NCBI GenBank assembly: GCA_030264375.1
Contig: JASCQW010000112.1
Location: 75,843,025-75,907,024 of the forward strand
Length of the DNA stretch: 64,000 nt
Origin: Carcharhinus longimanus
Lineage: Eukaryota
Direction of reading: 5' to 3'
The notes under the pieces are model-generated. The model did not search any database and was not told the DNA's origin. It worked only from the letters and a program-made list of their open reading frames with translations. Positions 1-11,231 of this stretch are shown piece after piece (position 1 is the stretch's first letter; every line of letters starts with the position of its first letter). A program made the translations under genes and the position numbers.

Positions 1-1012
1 TCACCTTGGCTCAGATCTGCCCCAATCATCACATCTCAGCTCCAGGACATCTCCGCAGGAATTCCTCAGGGCAATGCCTTCGCACTAACCATCTTCAGCT
101 GCTTCATCAATGACCTTCCTTCCATCATAAGGTCAGAGCGGGGATGTTCGCTGACGATTGCACAATGTTCACCATTCGCCGCGCCCCAGACACTGAAGCA
201 GTCCCTGTCCAAACGCAGCAGGACCTGGACAATATCCAGGCTTGGGCTGACAAGTGGCAACTAACATTCATGCTACAGAAGTGCCAGGAAATGACCATCT
301 CCAACAAGAGAGGAGCTAATCATTGCCCCTTAACATTCAATGACAACATCATCGCTGAATCCTCCATTGTCTACATCCTGGGGGTCACCATCACCCAGAC
401 ACTGAACAGGGCCCAGCACCATACCAGACCAGGGCAAAGACTGGGAATCCTGCAGTGAATAACTCACCTCCTGACTCCCCAGAGCCTGTCCACCATCTAC
501 AAGGCACAAGTCAGGATGGAATACTCTTCACTTGCCTAGATGAATAAGGCTTTGACAGCACCCAAGAAATTCTACACCTTTCAAGTCAAGGTAGCCTGCT
601 TGACTGGCACCTCACCCACTCTCTTATTTACTCACTCCCTCCACCACCGACACTCAGTAGCAGCAGTGTGTACTATCTATAAGACGCACTGCAGCAACTC
701 ACCAAGGCTCCTTCGACAGGACCTTCCAAACCCAACACATCTACCATCTAGAAGGGCAGCAGATACATGGGGAACTCCACCATCTGCAAGTTCCCCACTC
801 ACCATCCTGACTTGGGAATATATCGGCCGTTCCTTCACTGTCACTGGGTCAAAATCCTGGAATTCCCTCCCTAACAGCACTGAGGGTGTACCTACACCAT
901 ATGGACTGCAGCGGGTTCAAGAAGGCAGCTCGTCATCTCGAGGGGCAATTAGGGATGGGCAATAAATGCTGGTCTAGCCAGCAAGGCCCAGATCCTGTAA
1001 AATGAATGCTAA
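1..1012 (+). mobile_element. Decayed non-LTR retrotransposon (L2/CR1 group), 3' part of ORF2 reverse transcriptase plus 3' tail
   Basis: Reads G.PQG...TIFSCFINDLP...MFADD (RT catalytic motif), QQDLDNIQAWADKWQ and WNSLP with frameshifts. Ends in gggcaattagggatgggcaataaatgctgg...aatgaat, the tail shared with a local SINE family. Confidence 0.9.
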
Positions 1013-1224
1013 AAAAACCAGTGCTGATGATGTGATGTTTTGAGTGCCTTTTGGAGGATCCGGATTTTGGGAATCTTCAAAATTTAAACAACAGGAAAGT
1101 TGATGGTTTGGAATCCAGTTATAGCATTTTTCAATGTTAACATTTCCCACGCACTATTCCCCCTGGAACGGAATGGGATTGGGATTTAAAATCAGGGTCA
1201 CTCAGTCGATAGTACACACTTCAC

Positions 1225-1795
1225 AGAATCATTGAATCCCCACAGTGCAGAAAGAGGCCATTCAGCCCATCGATCTGCACCACCCAGGCTCTACCCCAAA
1301 ACCCCAAGTATTTACCCTGCTAATCCCCCCGACACTAAAGGGAAATTCAGCACGGCCAATCCACCTAACCCACACATCTTTGGAGTGTGGGAGGAAACCG
1401 GAGCACCCGGGGGAAACCCACGCAGACACGGGGGTTTGGAAGGTGCTGCCAGAGGAATCTTGGTGAGTTGCTGCAGTGCATCTTATAGATGGTACACACG
1501 GCTGTCACTGTGTGCTGGTGATGGAGGGAGTGAATATATAAGAGGATGGGTGAGGTGCCAGTCTAGTGGGCTGCTTTGATCTGGATGGTGTAGAATTGTT
1601 TCGGTGTCAGAGCTGCATTCATCCAGGAAAGCGGGAAGTATTCCATCACACTCCTGGTTTGTGCCTTGTAGGTGGTGGACAGGCTCTGGGGAGTCAAGAG
1701 ATGCAGACTCCACACAGACAGTCACCCGAGGCTGGAATCGGAGCCGGGTCCCTGGCGCTGCGAGGCAGCAATGCTAATCACTGTGCCACCGTGCC
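1225..1795 (-). mobile_element. HE1-type V-SINE (CR1/HER1 tail) split by an internal LINE fragment at ~1431-1702
   Basis: tRNA-derived head at 1703-1795 and body/tail at 1225-1434 match other HE1 copies. The intervening piece is the reverse complement of LINE sequence like 468-735. Confidence 0.85.
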
Positions 1796-1914
1796 AATCC
1801 ACTGTGTTAACTCATCAGCCCTTCTCCATCCTAAGATCACTGAACACTCAACTCAATCATCAACACCCTCTGAGCCAACCTCTCTGTACTGCTTCACAGA
1901 ATAAACCAGAGACT

Positions 1915-2240
1915 ATAAACCGCCGCACATCCTTTACAAAGTGCTTTTAATGGTGCACCGCAGGAGTTTTATAAAAGCAGACTGTGACACTAAACCACAC
2001 CCGGAGACAAAAGGTTTGATCAAAACAGAAGTTTTTACAGAGCATCTGGAGGAAGGGAGAGGGGGGGGAGGTGGAGGGGTACAGGAGGAGTTTTCCAGAG
2101 CTCGGGGCCCGGGGAGCTGAAGGCACGGCCGCCAATGGTGGAGCGATGGAAGTGGGAGATGCCTCAAGAGGCCAGGATTGGCGGAGCTCGGAGATCTCGG
2201 AGGGATGTGGAGCTGGAGGAGGGTGACGGAGTTAGGGAGA
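1915..2240 (-). mobile_element. 5'-truncated L2-type LINE 3' end
   Basis: Minus strand carries ggccgtgccttcagct...gagctctggaaaactcc (G-R-A-F-S...L-W, the L2 ORF2 C-terminus) followed by 3' UTR-like sequence. Confidence 0.7.
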
Positions 2241-2516
2241 GGAGTGGAAAACAAAGGCTGAGAATTTCAATATCTGAGCTGTTGGCAATATTATTGGAAT
2301 TATTTGTACCTCGCCCACCCCATTGGAAAAGTGACAAAATTGTTGCATTTTGGACATTGTCTTCTAGTGAAATGAATGGAGATTAATCCGGAGGGGAACC
2401 CACATTCCGTCTGGTGAATTAGTTTAAAGTAACCCAGTTAATAAACAAAGGCTGTATCTGTTTGCCACACACACACTCCCTCTGCTGTTTTATTTAACCC
2501 GGTTCAAGCATTAAAT

Positions 2517-3065
2517 TGCTGCTTCACATTTGTGGGACATGGGCATCGCTGGCTGGGCCAGCATTTATTGCCCGTCCCGAGCTGCCCTTCAAGCTGAGTG
2601 TTTTGCTCGGCCATTTGAGAGGGCAGCTCAGAGTCAATCCCATCGCTGTGGCTCTGTCTAACTCTGTCACCCTCCTCCAGCACCACAACCCTCCGAGATC
2701 TCCGAGCTCCACCAATCCTGGCCTCTTGAGCGATTTCCATCGCTCCGCCATTGGCGGCCGTGCCTTCAGCTGCCCGGGCCCCGAGCTCTGGAAAACTCCC
2801 CCTAAACCCCTCCGAGATGCTCCACATGAAGGCCAGACCGGGTAAGGATGGCAGATTTCCTTCCTTAAAGGAGATTAGTGAACCAGATGGGTTTTCCCAA
2901 CAATGGTTTCATCAGTAGACTCTTAATTCCAGATTTTTTTTTTCATTGAATTCAAATCCCCCCATCTGCTGTGCTGGGATTCGAACCCGGGTTCCCAGAA
3001 CATTCACTAAGTTTCTTGAGTAATAATCTAGCGATAATACCACTAGGCCATTGCCTCCCCCAGTG
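2517..3065 (-). mobile_element. tRNA-derived SINE with L2-like tail, interrupted at ~2652-2822 by an L2 fragment
   Basis: B-box gggttcgaatccc on the minus strand near 2975-2992; tail matches the LINE tail at 940-1010; homologous to 13805-14195. Confidence 0.8.
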
Positions 3066-3271
3066 AGGGCATAACAACAACTTGACAGATAAACCCTGAG
3101 CTTCCCCAGAGATCTGACCAAATACCAATCTCCCCCCACCTCCCCCGCCATCTCCTTGTACCCTTGTTTTATCCGGAGACTCCCCCCCGCATCCCTCATC
3201 CACTGATACCATCAGAAATCCCAAGTCTGTCAAACATTCTCCTTGCCACATGGCAGAGGACAGGATGGCCA

Positions 3272-3528
3272 CAGGGGTGGCCAACTCTCCTGGAGTCTTC
3301 AGGGATTCATTGGGAAGAATGGTGTGAAGGTGTAGAACGCTCTGTCTCATTGGCTGTCAGGGACCATCCAATCAGGAGATGAAAGATCTACTTGCTTTGT
3401 GATTGGCTGGAGGAAGGCTCCAGGACAGACATGCTGAGTGGCCATTGGATGGAGCGTGGGGCAGTTGGCGGCCGTGGGTTACATGATGGAAACTCCAGGG
3501 TTAAATCCAGCTGGAGTTGGGAACTCTA
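3272..3528. mobile_element. Decayed MITE-like element
   Basis: Imperfect terminal inverted repeats aggggtggccaactctcc / ctggagttgggaactcta. Confidence 0.45.
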
Positions 3529-3556
3529 AACTTGTTTCTTAGTTTAAATAAATAAG

Positions 3557-3797
3557 GGATGGTGGTGCAATGATATCTGTATTCCAGAGATCCCGGACAA
3601 TGTTCTGGGGACCAGGGTTCGAATCCCGCCACGGCAGATGGTGAAATTTGAATTCAATTTTTAAAAATCTGGAATTAAGAATCAACTGGTGACCATGAAA
3701 CCTTTGTCGGAAAAACCCATCTGGTTCCTTTAGGGAAGGGAATCTGCCGTCCATACCTGACCTGGCTTACATGTGACTGCAGAGCCATGGCAATGTG
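3557..3797 (+). mobile_element. tRNA-derived L2-tail SINE (5' part), abutted by an HE1-like SINE
   Basis: gggttcgaatccc B-box, gaatttgaattc and aaaacccatctggttc blocks shared with 13805-14195. Confidence 0.75.
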
Positions 3798-4100
3798 GGC
3801 GGCACGGTGGTACAGTGGTTAGCGCTGCTGCCTCACAGCACCAGGGACCCGGGTTCAATTCCCAGCTTGGGTCACTGTCTGTGTGGAGTTTGCACGTTCT
3901 CTCCTTTATGCATACGTTTCCTCTGGGTGTTCCGGTTCCCCCCACAGTCCGAAAGACATGCTGATTAGGTGCATCGGCCATGCTAAATTCTCCTGAACAG
4001 GTGCCAGAGTGTAGCGACTAGGGGATTTTCACAGTAACTTAATTGCAGCATTAATGTAAGCCTACTTGTGACTGACTAAGAAATAAACTTAAACTTTAAC
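3797..4100 (+). mobile_element. HE1-like V-SINE, alternative tail type B
   Basis: Head gggcggcacggtggtacagtggttagc; tail ...taatgtaagcctacttgtgac...aataaactt. Confidence 0.85.
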
Positions 4101-4104
4101 TTTG

Positions 4105-4435
4105 ACATGGGGCATTGGAGAAGGATAGGGCCATTTAGTCCCTCGAGCCTGCTCCATTATTCAGTAAAATCATGCCAGATCTGGTTGTGGTCTCAGCTCC
4201 ACTTTCCTACCCGCACACCACCACCACTACCCCCGCCCCGCCCACTACCCCCCCTACCCCGCTACCCCACTGACCCATCGATTCTAACAAAAATCTATCT
4301 TAACTCCACCTTGAATCAATTCAATGGTCCAGCCTCCACTGCTCTCTGGGGAAGGGAATTCCTCAGACTAATAGCCCTCAGAGAGAAAAATAAACTCTCC
4401 TCATCTCTGCCTCAAAAGGAAGATCTCTTACTTTA
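4105..4435 (-). mobile_element. CR1 (HER1-like) LINE 3' fragment
   Basis: Reverse complement of the CR1 3' end seen at 9330-9520 (aggctcgaggg...aatggcc; gtggaggc...ttgaattg). Confidence 0.7.
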
Positions 4436-4444
4436 AAATGGTGG

Positions 4445-4640
4445 GTTATTGGTATTGCACTGGGCTAACAATCTGGAGGCCCAGGCTGATGTTGAAGGGG
4501 CAAGGGTTCAAATCCTACCCAAGCTGCTGGTGGAATTTAAACTCTATTGGTTAACAAATTGGCACCAACCATTGATTGTTGTAACAACTCATTTGGTTCA
4601 CACGTGTCCCTTAGACAAGGAAATCTGCTATCCTTAATGG
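4445..4640 (+). mobile_element. Degenerate L2-tail SINE
   Basis: gggttcaaatcc B-box and gctggtggaattt / aggaaatctgc blocks. Confidence 0.55.
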
Positions 4641-4774
4641 TCTGGCTTTGTCGTGCATGGGACTACCCTGTAAGCTGTCATGGTGGGGTGATCACTGGCC
4701 ATCCAGTGAAGATATTGTTCCACTGGCATCATGGCCAGGCAGCCAGTGCCTTTTGTTAAAATACATTTTTTATC

Positions 4775-5345
4775 AGTCTCTCTTTCTTTCTCTCTCCCTC
4801 TTGCTGCCTCTCTCTCTGTCTGCCTTTCTCTCTCTGTGACTCTCTTGTGTCTCTGCCTCTTTCTCTTACTGTTGCTTTCTCTCTCTCTTGCTGTCTCTCT
4901 CTCTCTGTGTCTCTCTCTTTCTATCTCTGCCTCTTTCACTCTCTTGCTGTGTCTCTCTTGCTGACTCTCTCTCTCTCCCTCTCTGCCTCTCTCTTGCTCT
5001 GTCTCTCTCACTCTCTTGGTGTGTTTCCCTTGCTGTCTCTGTCTTTCTCTCTCTGTCTCTCTTGCTGTCTCTGTCTCTCTTTCTCTCTGTCTCTCTGTGT
5101 GTCTCTCTTGCTATCTCTATCTCGCTCTCTCTGTGTCTCTCTCACTGTCTCTCTCCTTGTCTCTCTTGCTGTCTCTGTCTCTTTCTCTCTCTCTCTGTCT
5201 CTCTTACTGTATCTCTCTGTCTCTCTCTCTCTCTGTCTCTCTTTGCTGTCTCTCTCTCTCTTCTTGCTGTCTCTGTCTCCCTCTCTCTGCTGTCTCTGCC
5301 TCTCTTGCTCTCTCTCTTGCTGTCTCTATCTCTTTCACTCTTTCC
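4775..5345. repeat. Imperfect (CT)n microsatellite with recurring tcttgctgtctc motif
   Basis: About 570 bp almost entirely C/T with interspersed G; source of the Leu/Ser-rich spurious ORFs. Confidence 0.95.
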
Positions 5346-6773
5346 TATATCAGAGTTTGGCAGCTCCTGCCCTGAATGTTGGGAGCTGCTGTGATACGTC
5401 ATGACTGGAGGGCCTCCTATTGGTCCTCCAACCTCAGGCACATGTCCGCCATCCTTAATTGGATAGCTCGCATGCCCTCTGGCCACTAATTGGTCAGTCT
5501 AGTTAAAATTGATGTCAGGTTATTGCTGCCAACACAGTGCTGGGTCGGGACCCCATCTGACCCTGAGTTTGAGGTCCTGTTCCCAAAGTGGGAAATCCTG
5601 TCCCATGCGCCTGAATTAAAGCGTACTGTCTGATAACATGCTGTGTGTATATGTATCTATTGGTCTTAAAACCATTGCTGGTTATTGGTATGCAGTTTCA
5701 ATTCAGATTTGTTAACTCATACAAACTTCCTTTTTGTTGATTTCATTACATCTTAACAGGGTCACTAACTGTAGCCTTGTTGTAGGACACTTGCACATAT
5801 TTAACTGGCTTCTGTCATTCATCTATACAGATATTACCTGACAGATCAGACTTAATTGTTATCCCAGGTTCAAGAGAGTGAGAGGCTGTGCTTTAGGATG
5901 TGTTTTACAGAAGTTCCCACAGACAGCACACTTTAAAAATCACTGAATTGACAAGAACTTCCCCTTTTATGTGTAATATCGCAGTTGAAACCTTCCGAAA
6001 AGTTATGCTTTCTTAATGAAATGGAAGTGTTTTTTTTTAAGCGATGTGCTATCACTGAATATAACTACCACTGAATGACATCTCTGGCCCCGAAAATCTA
6101 ATTTGATACTTGTGTAATGTAAATATCCTTCCAATATCAAAGATCTATATTTTGTTAAGGTACGAAAACAATTATGTGTATTTTACATTTCAGCTGCTGA
6201 TCTGTACAACCCAATATTTATTTTACTTCCTATAAGTTTATAAATTATGAGGTGCAATTGGGGCAGTTTATTTCCTGCTTTGCTGTCTGTGGGAATTCTT
6301 CAGTGTGGTTGGTTTCTTACTGATGTGGGGACATCACGGTTGCTGGAGATCCTCTAGGTTCAGTCCCAGACTCAAATTAACATGTGGAAACGTGAGATTC
6401 CAGTTACAGAGATTGCCAGACCTTTCTGGGTAGCTTTAGTCTAGGTCGAACCTTAAGCGTCATCGTAGGTCTTAAGCTCTAGTCTTATGTCACAAATTAA
6501 AGCTTCTGCTGTAGCTGAGATATAATTGCCTCAGTCAAGTGAGTTCCATCACAACAACAATATTGTTGGGGGGTACAGTATTAAGCAGGCGGAACAGACT
6601 GGCTTTATCCAGTATCCACATTGCTTCACTCCACTTGCTCAGCTCTGATCACTCGCCAAGAAGGGAAAAGGGCATGAATCAATAATACACGTGAAAGAAT
6701 TAATTGGGGTAAATAAGTGGATGCTGCGAAATGCCTTTACCCAGGTTGCCGATGTCCTTGTTGAAAGATAACA

Positions 6774-6897
6774 GTCAGAATTCTCCAGCCATTCAAGCCC
6801 TGCTGGCGAGAACGGAGATTTGGCGCTCAGCCAAATCTCTGCTCGCTGCAGCGGGACTGGAGAATCCTGGCTGCGAGCGAGGTTGGAGAATCTGTAT
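6774..6897. mobile_element. Short MITE (PIF/Harbinger-like family, tentative)
   Basis: Ends cagaattctcc / ggagaatctg; internal tttggcgctcagccaaatctc shared with 29478-29573, 33434-33560 and 61010-61146. Confidence 0.65.
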
Positions 6898-7587
6898 TCT
6901 GCAGAACGCCAGTGTTCCAAGTGAGCCAGGAGTAGTATTGTTATTTATTCTGTATTTTAATATTTTGCTGTTTAGTTTTAATATATGCAAAAAAAACCCC
7001 TAAAGATTTCGAAGATGGGTTTTGGAAACCTTGTTAAATGTACTTACGACTGGCTCTTAAAGAGTTAACCAAAAAAACTTTAGTGCTGAGATCATGGCTG
7101 ACTTAACATTTATGTATTTTAAAAATTGTCCCCTTCTGATAACCCCTTGTTTTTGCCACATTTGTTTAACCACGATGATAAGGTGTAGATGCAAACTAAG
7201 AGGCATTTGTTGAATTGCCGCAATGCTTTTTGTGCGCGCTTTAACTTGGAGATGTTTCGTACAGTATGTGAGTCCAGTCCTGCAGCTGGTAAACAGCTGC
7301 TTCCTCTGTAACAGCATGTGCACTCAAGTGTGCAGCCCCTGTCATCACCTGAATACCTTTAATCAAAAAAAATTATTTTCATTCCTACAGCGGCCAAACT
7401 TTGCCAAGAGTACTTTCCACCTGCAAAATTAAACGCGCTGTGCTGTAGCTTGGTAGATAAACCTTTGGGCAAAGCTACAGTCACACAAACAAATTTTAGT
7501 GAATCAGTAACTTAATAAAAAGTTTCTCCAGTTGCACGGAAGGTGAAATCGAATGTGTGTTCTCTGTGGATTCTTAATGCTGAGCAG

Positions 7588-7725
7588 CTGAAGGGGTAGG
7601 GGCGAATTTGCCATCCTGCCCATCACGGGAATGGGAGCGGACAAAGGGCGAACCAGGGAAAGGTCCAGTGACCTCGGGTGGGGTTTTCCGATCTCAGGCA
7701 AGCGCTACCTGAGAATCCCACCCGG
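7588..7725. mobile_element. Short MITE with GGG-type TIRs
   Basis: ggggcgaattt ... gagaatcccaccc; related to 44700-44838. Confidence 0.5.
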
Positions 7726-8904
7726 CCTCAATGTGATCATTTCTCACAAAGCAACGTATACATTCAGGCGATTGCAGTGAATAGTCCAAGATCAGTGTAT
7801 CAACACTTGTGCGATTTGTAAAAGAATGACAGAGAATTCTGAGGAGGTTAATAATGCACCGTGTGCTTGTGACACCGAGCTTTCAGACACTGAGAAACCT
7901 GTGGGCTGTACTGAGTTTGTTTTATCTTGGGCAGGCTGGTGTTCAGGGCACTCCGATTGACTTCAACACCCTGAGGTTTTCATGGGGAGTGGGGGGAACA
8001 TGCCAGGGATTCCTCTTCTGATTACTGATGCAGTGCTGGATAGAGCACATGTGGAGACGTTCAGTGAGGACAGAATCAGCTGCGATCTCTCTTCCCCCAC
8101 CCCCCACCACCCCCAAATTCCCTCCCNNNNNNNNNNTCCCCCGACCTCTAATACAATGGCCGCCTCCCACACATGAAAGAACAGCCAGTTTGGACGGGGT
8201 ACCCGACGGGAGGATGGCCGGGGGGGAGAGGACAGGGTGCCAGCCCTCAACGCCAAACTCTAGCAGTGAATCGCAGCCTCAGCAGAGAAAAGGGGCGAAA
8301 TATGTCAGTGCATCAGTCAGCCTGGAATACATTTGTGCTAAATTTTAGAATCGGTGCTTCAAGTATCGGCGTGCATACAATTAATACAATCTCACGATGC
8401 CTGTACGGCAATAAAAATCCACATCAACCCATTCCGACAGGATTTTTACTGTTACACAGTTGGTGTGAAGTAAAAAACTTTCATTGAAATGGTCTCCAGA
8501 CACAGTTTGCACATGCACTAATGACGGTGCCGTGTGGACAGAGCACTGTACTTTCCCCCATTAAGGCAGAACCTTGCACTTGTTTTAGCAACCAATGGAA
8601 CTGTTTAGTAACAACCCTTCACTTTAACTACCAGCTGCAATTTGTCAGTGTTTTGTGTCGGAGATTTTATAGTTTTACAGTAAGGAGCTACAAGATCAGA
8701 AACGAGTTAAGAAATCAGTCCAGAATGGAATTGCAGAAACGGGTTTGCGGGTCATGTTCTGCGTTGTCTCTGCTTTGTATTCTGGGTGTCAATGCAAGGT
8801 GGAGGCGTGACTTAAGGAGAAGGTAGAAAGGAAGAGCAGACAGGTGGGTGTAGAGCAAGACATTCTGCAGGTGATTGGGAGAGAGAGGCATCTTCTGTGT
8901 TAAA

Positions 8905-9520
8905 GTAAGCGTACAGGTACAGTAGGCAGTAAAGAAGGCAAATGGTATGTTGGCCTTCATGGCGAGAGGATTTGAGCATAGGAATAGGGATGTTTTGCTG
9001 CAATTGTACAGGGCGTTGGTGAGGCCACACCTGGAGTATTGTGTGCAGTTTTGGTGTCCGTATCTGAGGAAAGATGCCCTTGCTGTAGAGGGAGTACAGC
9101 GAAGGTTTACCAGGCTGATTCCTGGGATGGCAGGTCTGTCATATGAGGAGAAACTAAGTTGGTTAGGATTATATTCACTGGAGTTTAGAAGAGTGAGAGG
9201 GGATCTCATAAAAACTTATAAAATTCTAATAGGCTTAGACAGGGTAGATTCAGAAAGAATGTTCCCGGTCACAGAGGAAGTCCAGAACTAGGGCTCGTAC
9301 TCTGAGGATGAGGGGTAAACCTTTTAGAACTGAGATGAGGAGATATTTCATCACCCAGAGTATGGTGAATGTGTGGAAATCACTCCCATCAAATATAGTT
9401 GAGACAAAAATGGTCTGATTTCAAGAAGAAATTAGATATAGCTCTTGGGGCTAAAGAGACCACGCTGAATGGTGGAGCAGGCTTGAAGGGCCGAATGGCC
9501 TATTCCTGCTTCTAGCTTCT
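8905..9520 (+). mobile_element. CR1 (HER1-like) LINE 3' end, ORF2 C-terminus
   Basis: ORF 8947-9291 LYRALVRPHLEYCVQFW.P...VQRRFTRLIPG...YEE.L..LGLYSLE.RR.RGDLI is the canonical CR1 ORF2 C-terminus; tail gaagggccgaatggcctattcctgc. Confidence 0.95.
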
Positions 9521-9714
9521 AAGTAAGTCAGTGGTCTGGATTTCTGGTATTCAGATTCGAGGAGTAAGTGGGGATATCGAGCGCTAGGGACAGCAGGACC
9601 GTCCGAGACACTTTCTCAGAGATGATTTGCTAATTAATCACCTCCAGGACTGCCATCCAATTAATGAACTTCAGGCAGAATTGTAGATCCTGTCAGCCAA
9701 TCAGAGGAATGTAG

Positions 9715-9912
9715 AACAAAATCAGAAAAATGCTGGAAACTCTCAGCAGGTCTGGCAGCGTCTGTGGAGAGAGAATGGAGCCAGCGTTTCGAGTCTGGAT
9801 GACCATTCATCGGAGCTTCTTCAGAGCTCGAGACATGAAACGTTGGCTCTATTCTCTCTCCACGGAGGCTGCCAGACCTGCTGAGATTTTCCAACATTTT
9901 TCTGATTTTGTT
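9715..9912. mobile_element. Palindromic Penelope-like repeat remnant (~76-bp inverted arms)
   Basis: Arms 9715-9790 and 9837-9912 are near-perfect reverse complements; inner ends carry gtttcg / gaaacgtt and a degenerate ctgaNga motif. Confidence 0.7.
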
Positions 9913-10546
9913 TCAGGATCCGCAGGGTAGGTTCTGGATTGGCAATGCTGTCAACGCGGCAATCCCACCGGGAGAGGTGGACATTGCTGATGCAGGTCAG
10001 GGGTCAGGAGAGGGCCCCTTTGGAGAGGTAAATAGAGATATTTCAGGGGTCAAGCGGGCAGGCTGATCTGGATGATTTTGGGGCAGCACCTTCCCTGCCC
10101 ATGCCCATTTTTGCGACAGGAGTTGTTTTGCCCTTGTAGCCGGTCAGGCTACTTACATGAAGTTAACAGCTTGCCCATGTGTTGCAGGCGGTGGCCTGGA
10201 ATAATCACCATTAATTCAGCTTTTAATCATTCCAATTCCCTGCCCACCTCCCTGTTCAGACTGAGCTGATCAGCGTCTGGGCCTGGCCATGAGAAGTGTC
10301 CCCAGCGGTGGGTCTGCCCTGTGGCATCATTCCCAGTTTAACTTAAAAATAAAACTGGGACGGAAATTGGTTTGCGGCGACTAACCACCGACATGCAACG
10401 CGGAGGCTCACCCGAGATCGGGTCTTTCCTGTGTCTTCAGCTGCCGCTGGCCTCCTGGGTTTAATTCGTCCTTCCAGCCTCAACCCTCTGATAAGGGTCG
10501 AGGGTGACTGGTGAGGTGGTGGAGGAACAATGGGAGGAGGCCAGAT

Positions 10547-10935
10547 TGGCAGTGGCTCAGTTGGCAGTGCCCTGACCTCTGAGTCAGAGAGTCGTGGGTT
10601 CAAATCCCACTCCCAAGAGTTGGGCGCAGACTCAGGCTCCAGTGCAGTACAGAGGAAGTGCTGCACTGTTAGAGATGGTGGTTTTTGATGGAGACATTAA
10701 TGTGTGGCCCTGTCACTTCCATGTGGATGTAATCGGTCCAGTGTTGCTAATTCGAACAAGAGCAGGGGAGTTTTCTCTGTGCCCTCTCCAATATTTATCA
10801 CCCAATCAACATCACAAAATAAAGATTATCTGGTCATTCTTGCATTATTGTTTGTGGGAGCTTGCTGTGCACAAAATGGCTGCCACATTTCCTAAAGTAC
10901 AGCAATGCCTACACTTCAAAAGGACTTCAAGTGTT
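10547..10935 (+). mobile_element. DeuSINE (SacSINE1-like)
   Basis: tRNA head (gtggctcagttgg ... gggttcaaatccc) followed by Deu-domain-like gagcaggggagtt and tgtttgtgggagcttgctgtgcacaaaatggctgcc. Confidence 0.75.
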
Positions 10936-10939
10936 GTTT

Positions 10940-11230
10940 AAGTTTTAAGCTTATTTATTAGTGTCACAGGTAGGCTTACATTAACACTGCAATGAAGTTA
11001 GTTTGAAAATCCCCTAGTCGCCACACTCCTGCGCCTGTTCGGGTTACACTGAGGGAGAATTTAGCACGGCCAGTGCACCCTAACCAGCACGTCTTTCAGA
11101 CTGTGGGAGGAAACCCATGCAAAAGCAAGGAGAACGTGTAGACTCCGCACAGACAGTGACCTGAGGCTGGAATTGAACCCAGGTCCCTGGTGTTGTGAAG
11201 CAGCAGTGCTAACCACTGTGCCACCGTGCC
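10940..11230 (-). mobile_element. HE1-like V-SINE, tail type B
   Basis: Full head-to-tail match to 17225-17535 in reverse. Confidence 0.85.
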
Positions 11231-11231
11231 T

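Noticed and set aside
3797-3870. tRNA genes (A/B boxes here and at many other sites)
   Set aside because: All are SINE heads that continue into SINE bodies; none forms a complete cloverleaf.
4634-5486. Long Leu/Ser- or Arg/Glu-rich ORFs
   Set aside because: Translations of the (CT)n microsatellite.
5812-5821. Statistical enrichment of PBX-MEIS decamers
   Set aside because: Only two exact TGANTGACAG matches were noticed; about 0.5 are expected by chance in 64 kb on both strands, so the count alone is not significant.
8947-9291. Host protein-coding gene
   Set aside because: CR1 ORF2 C-terminus in a 5'-truncated copy.
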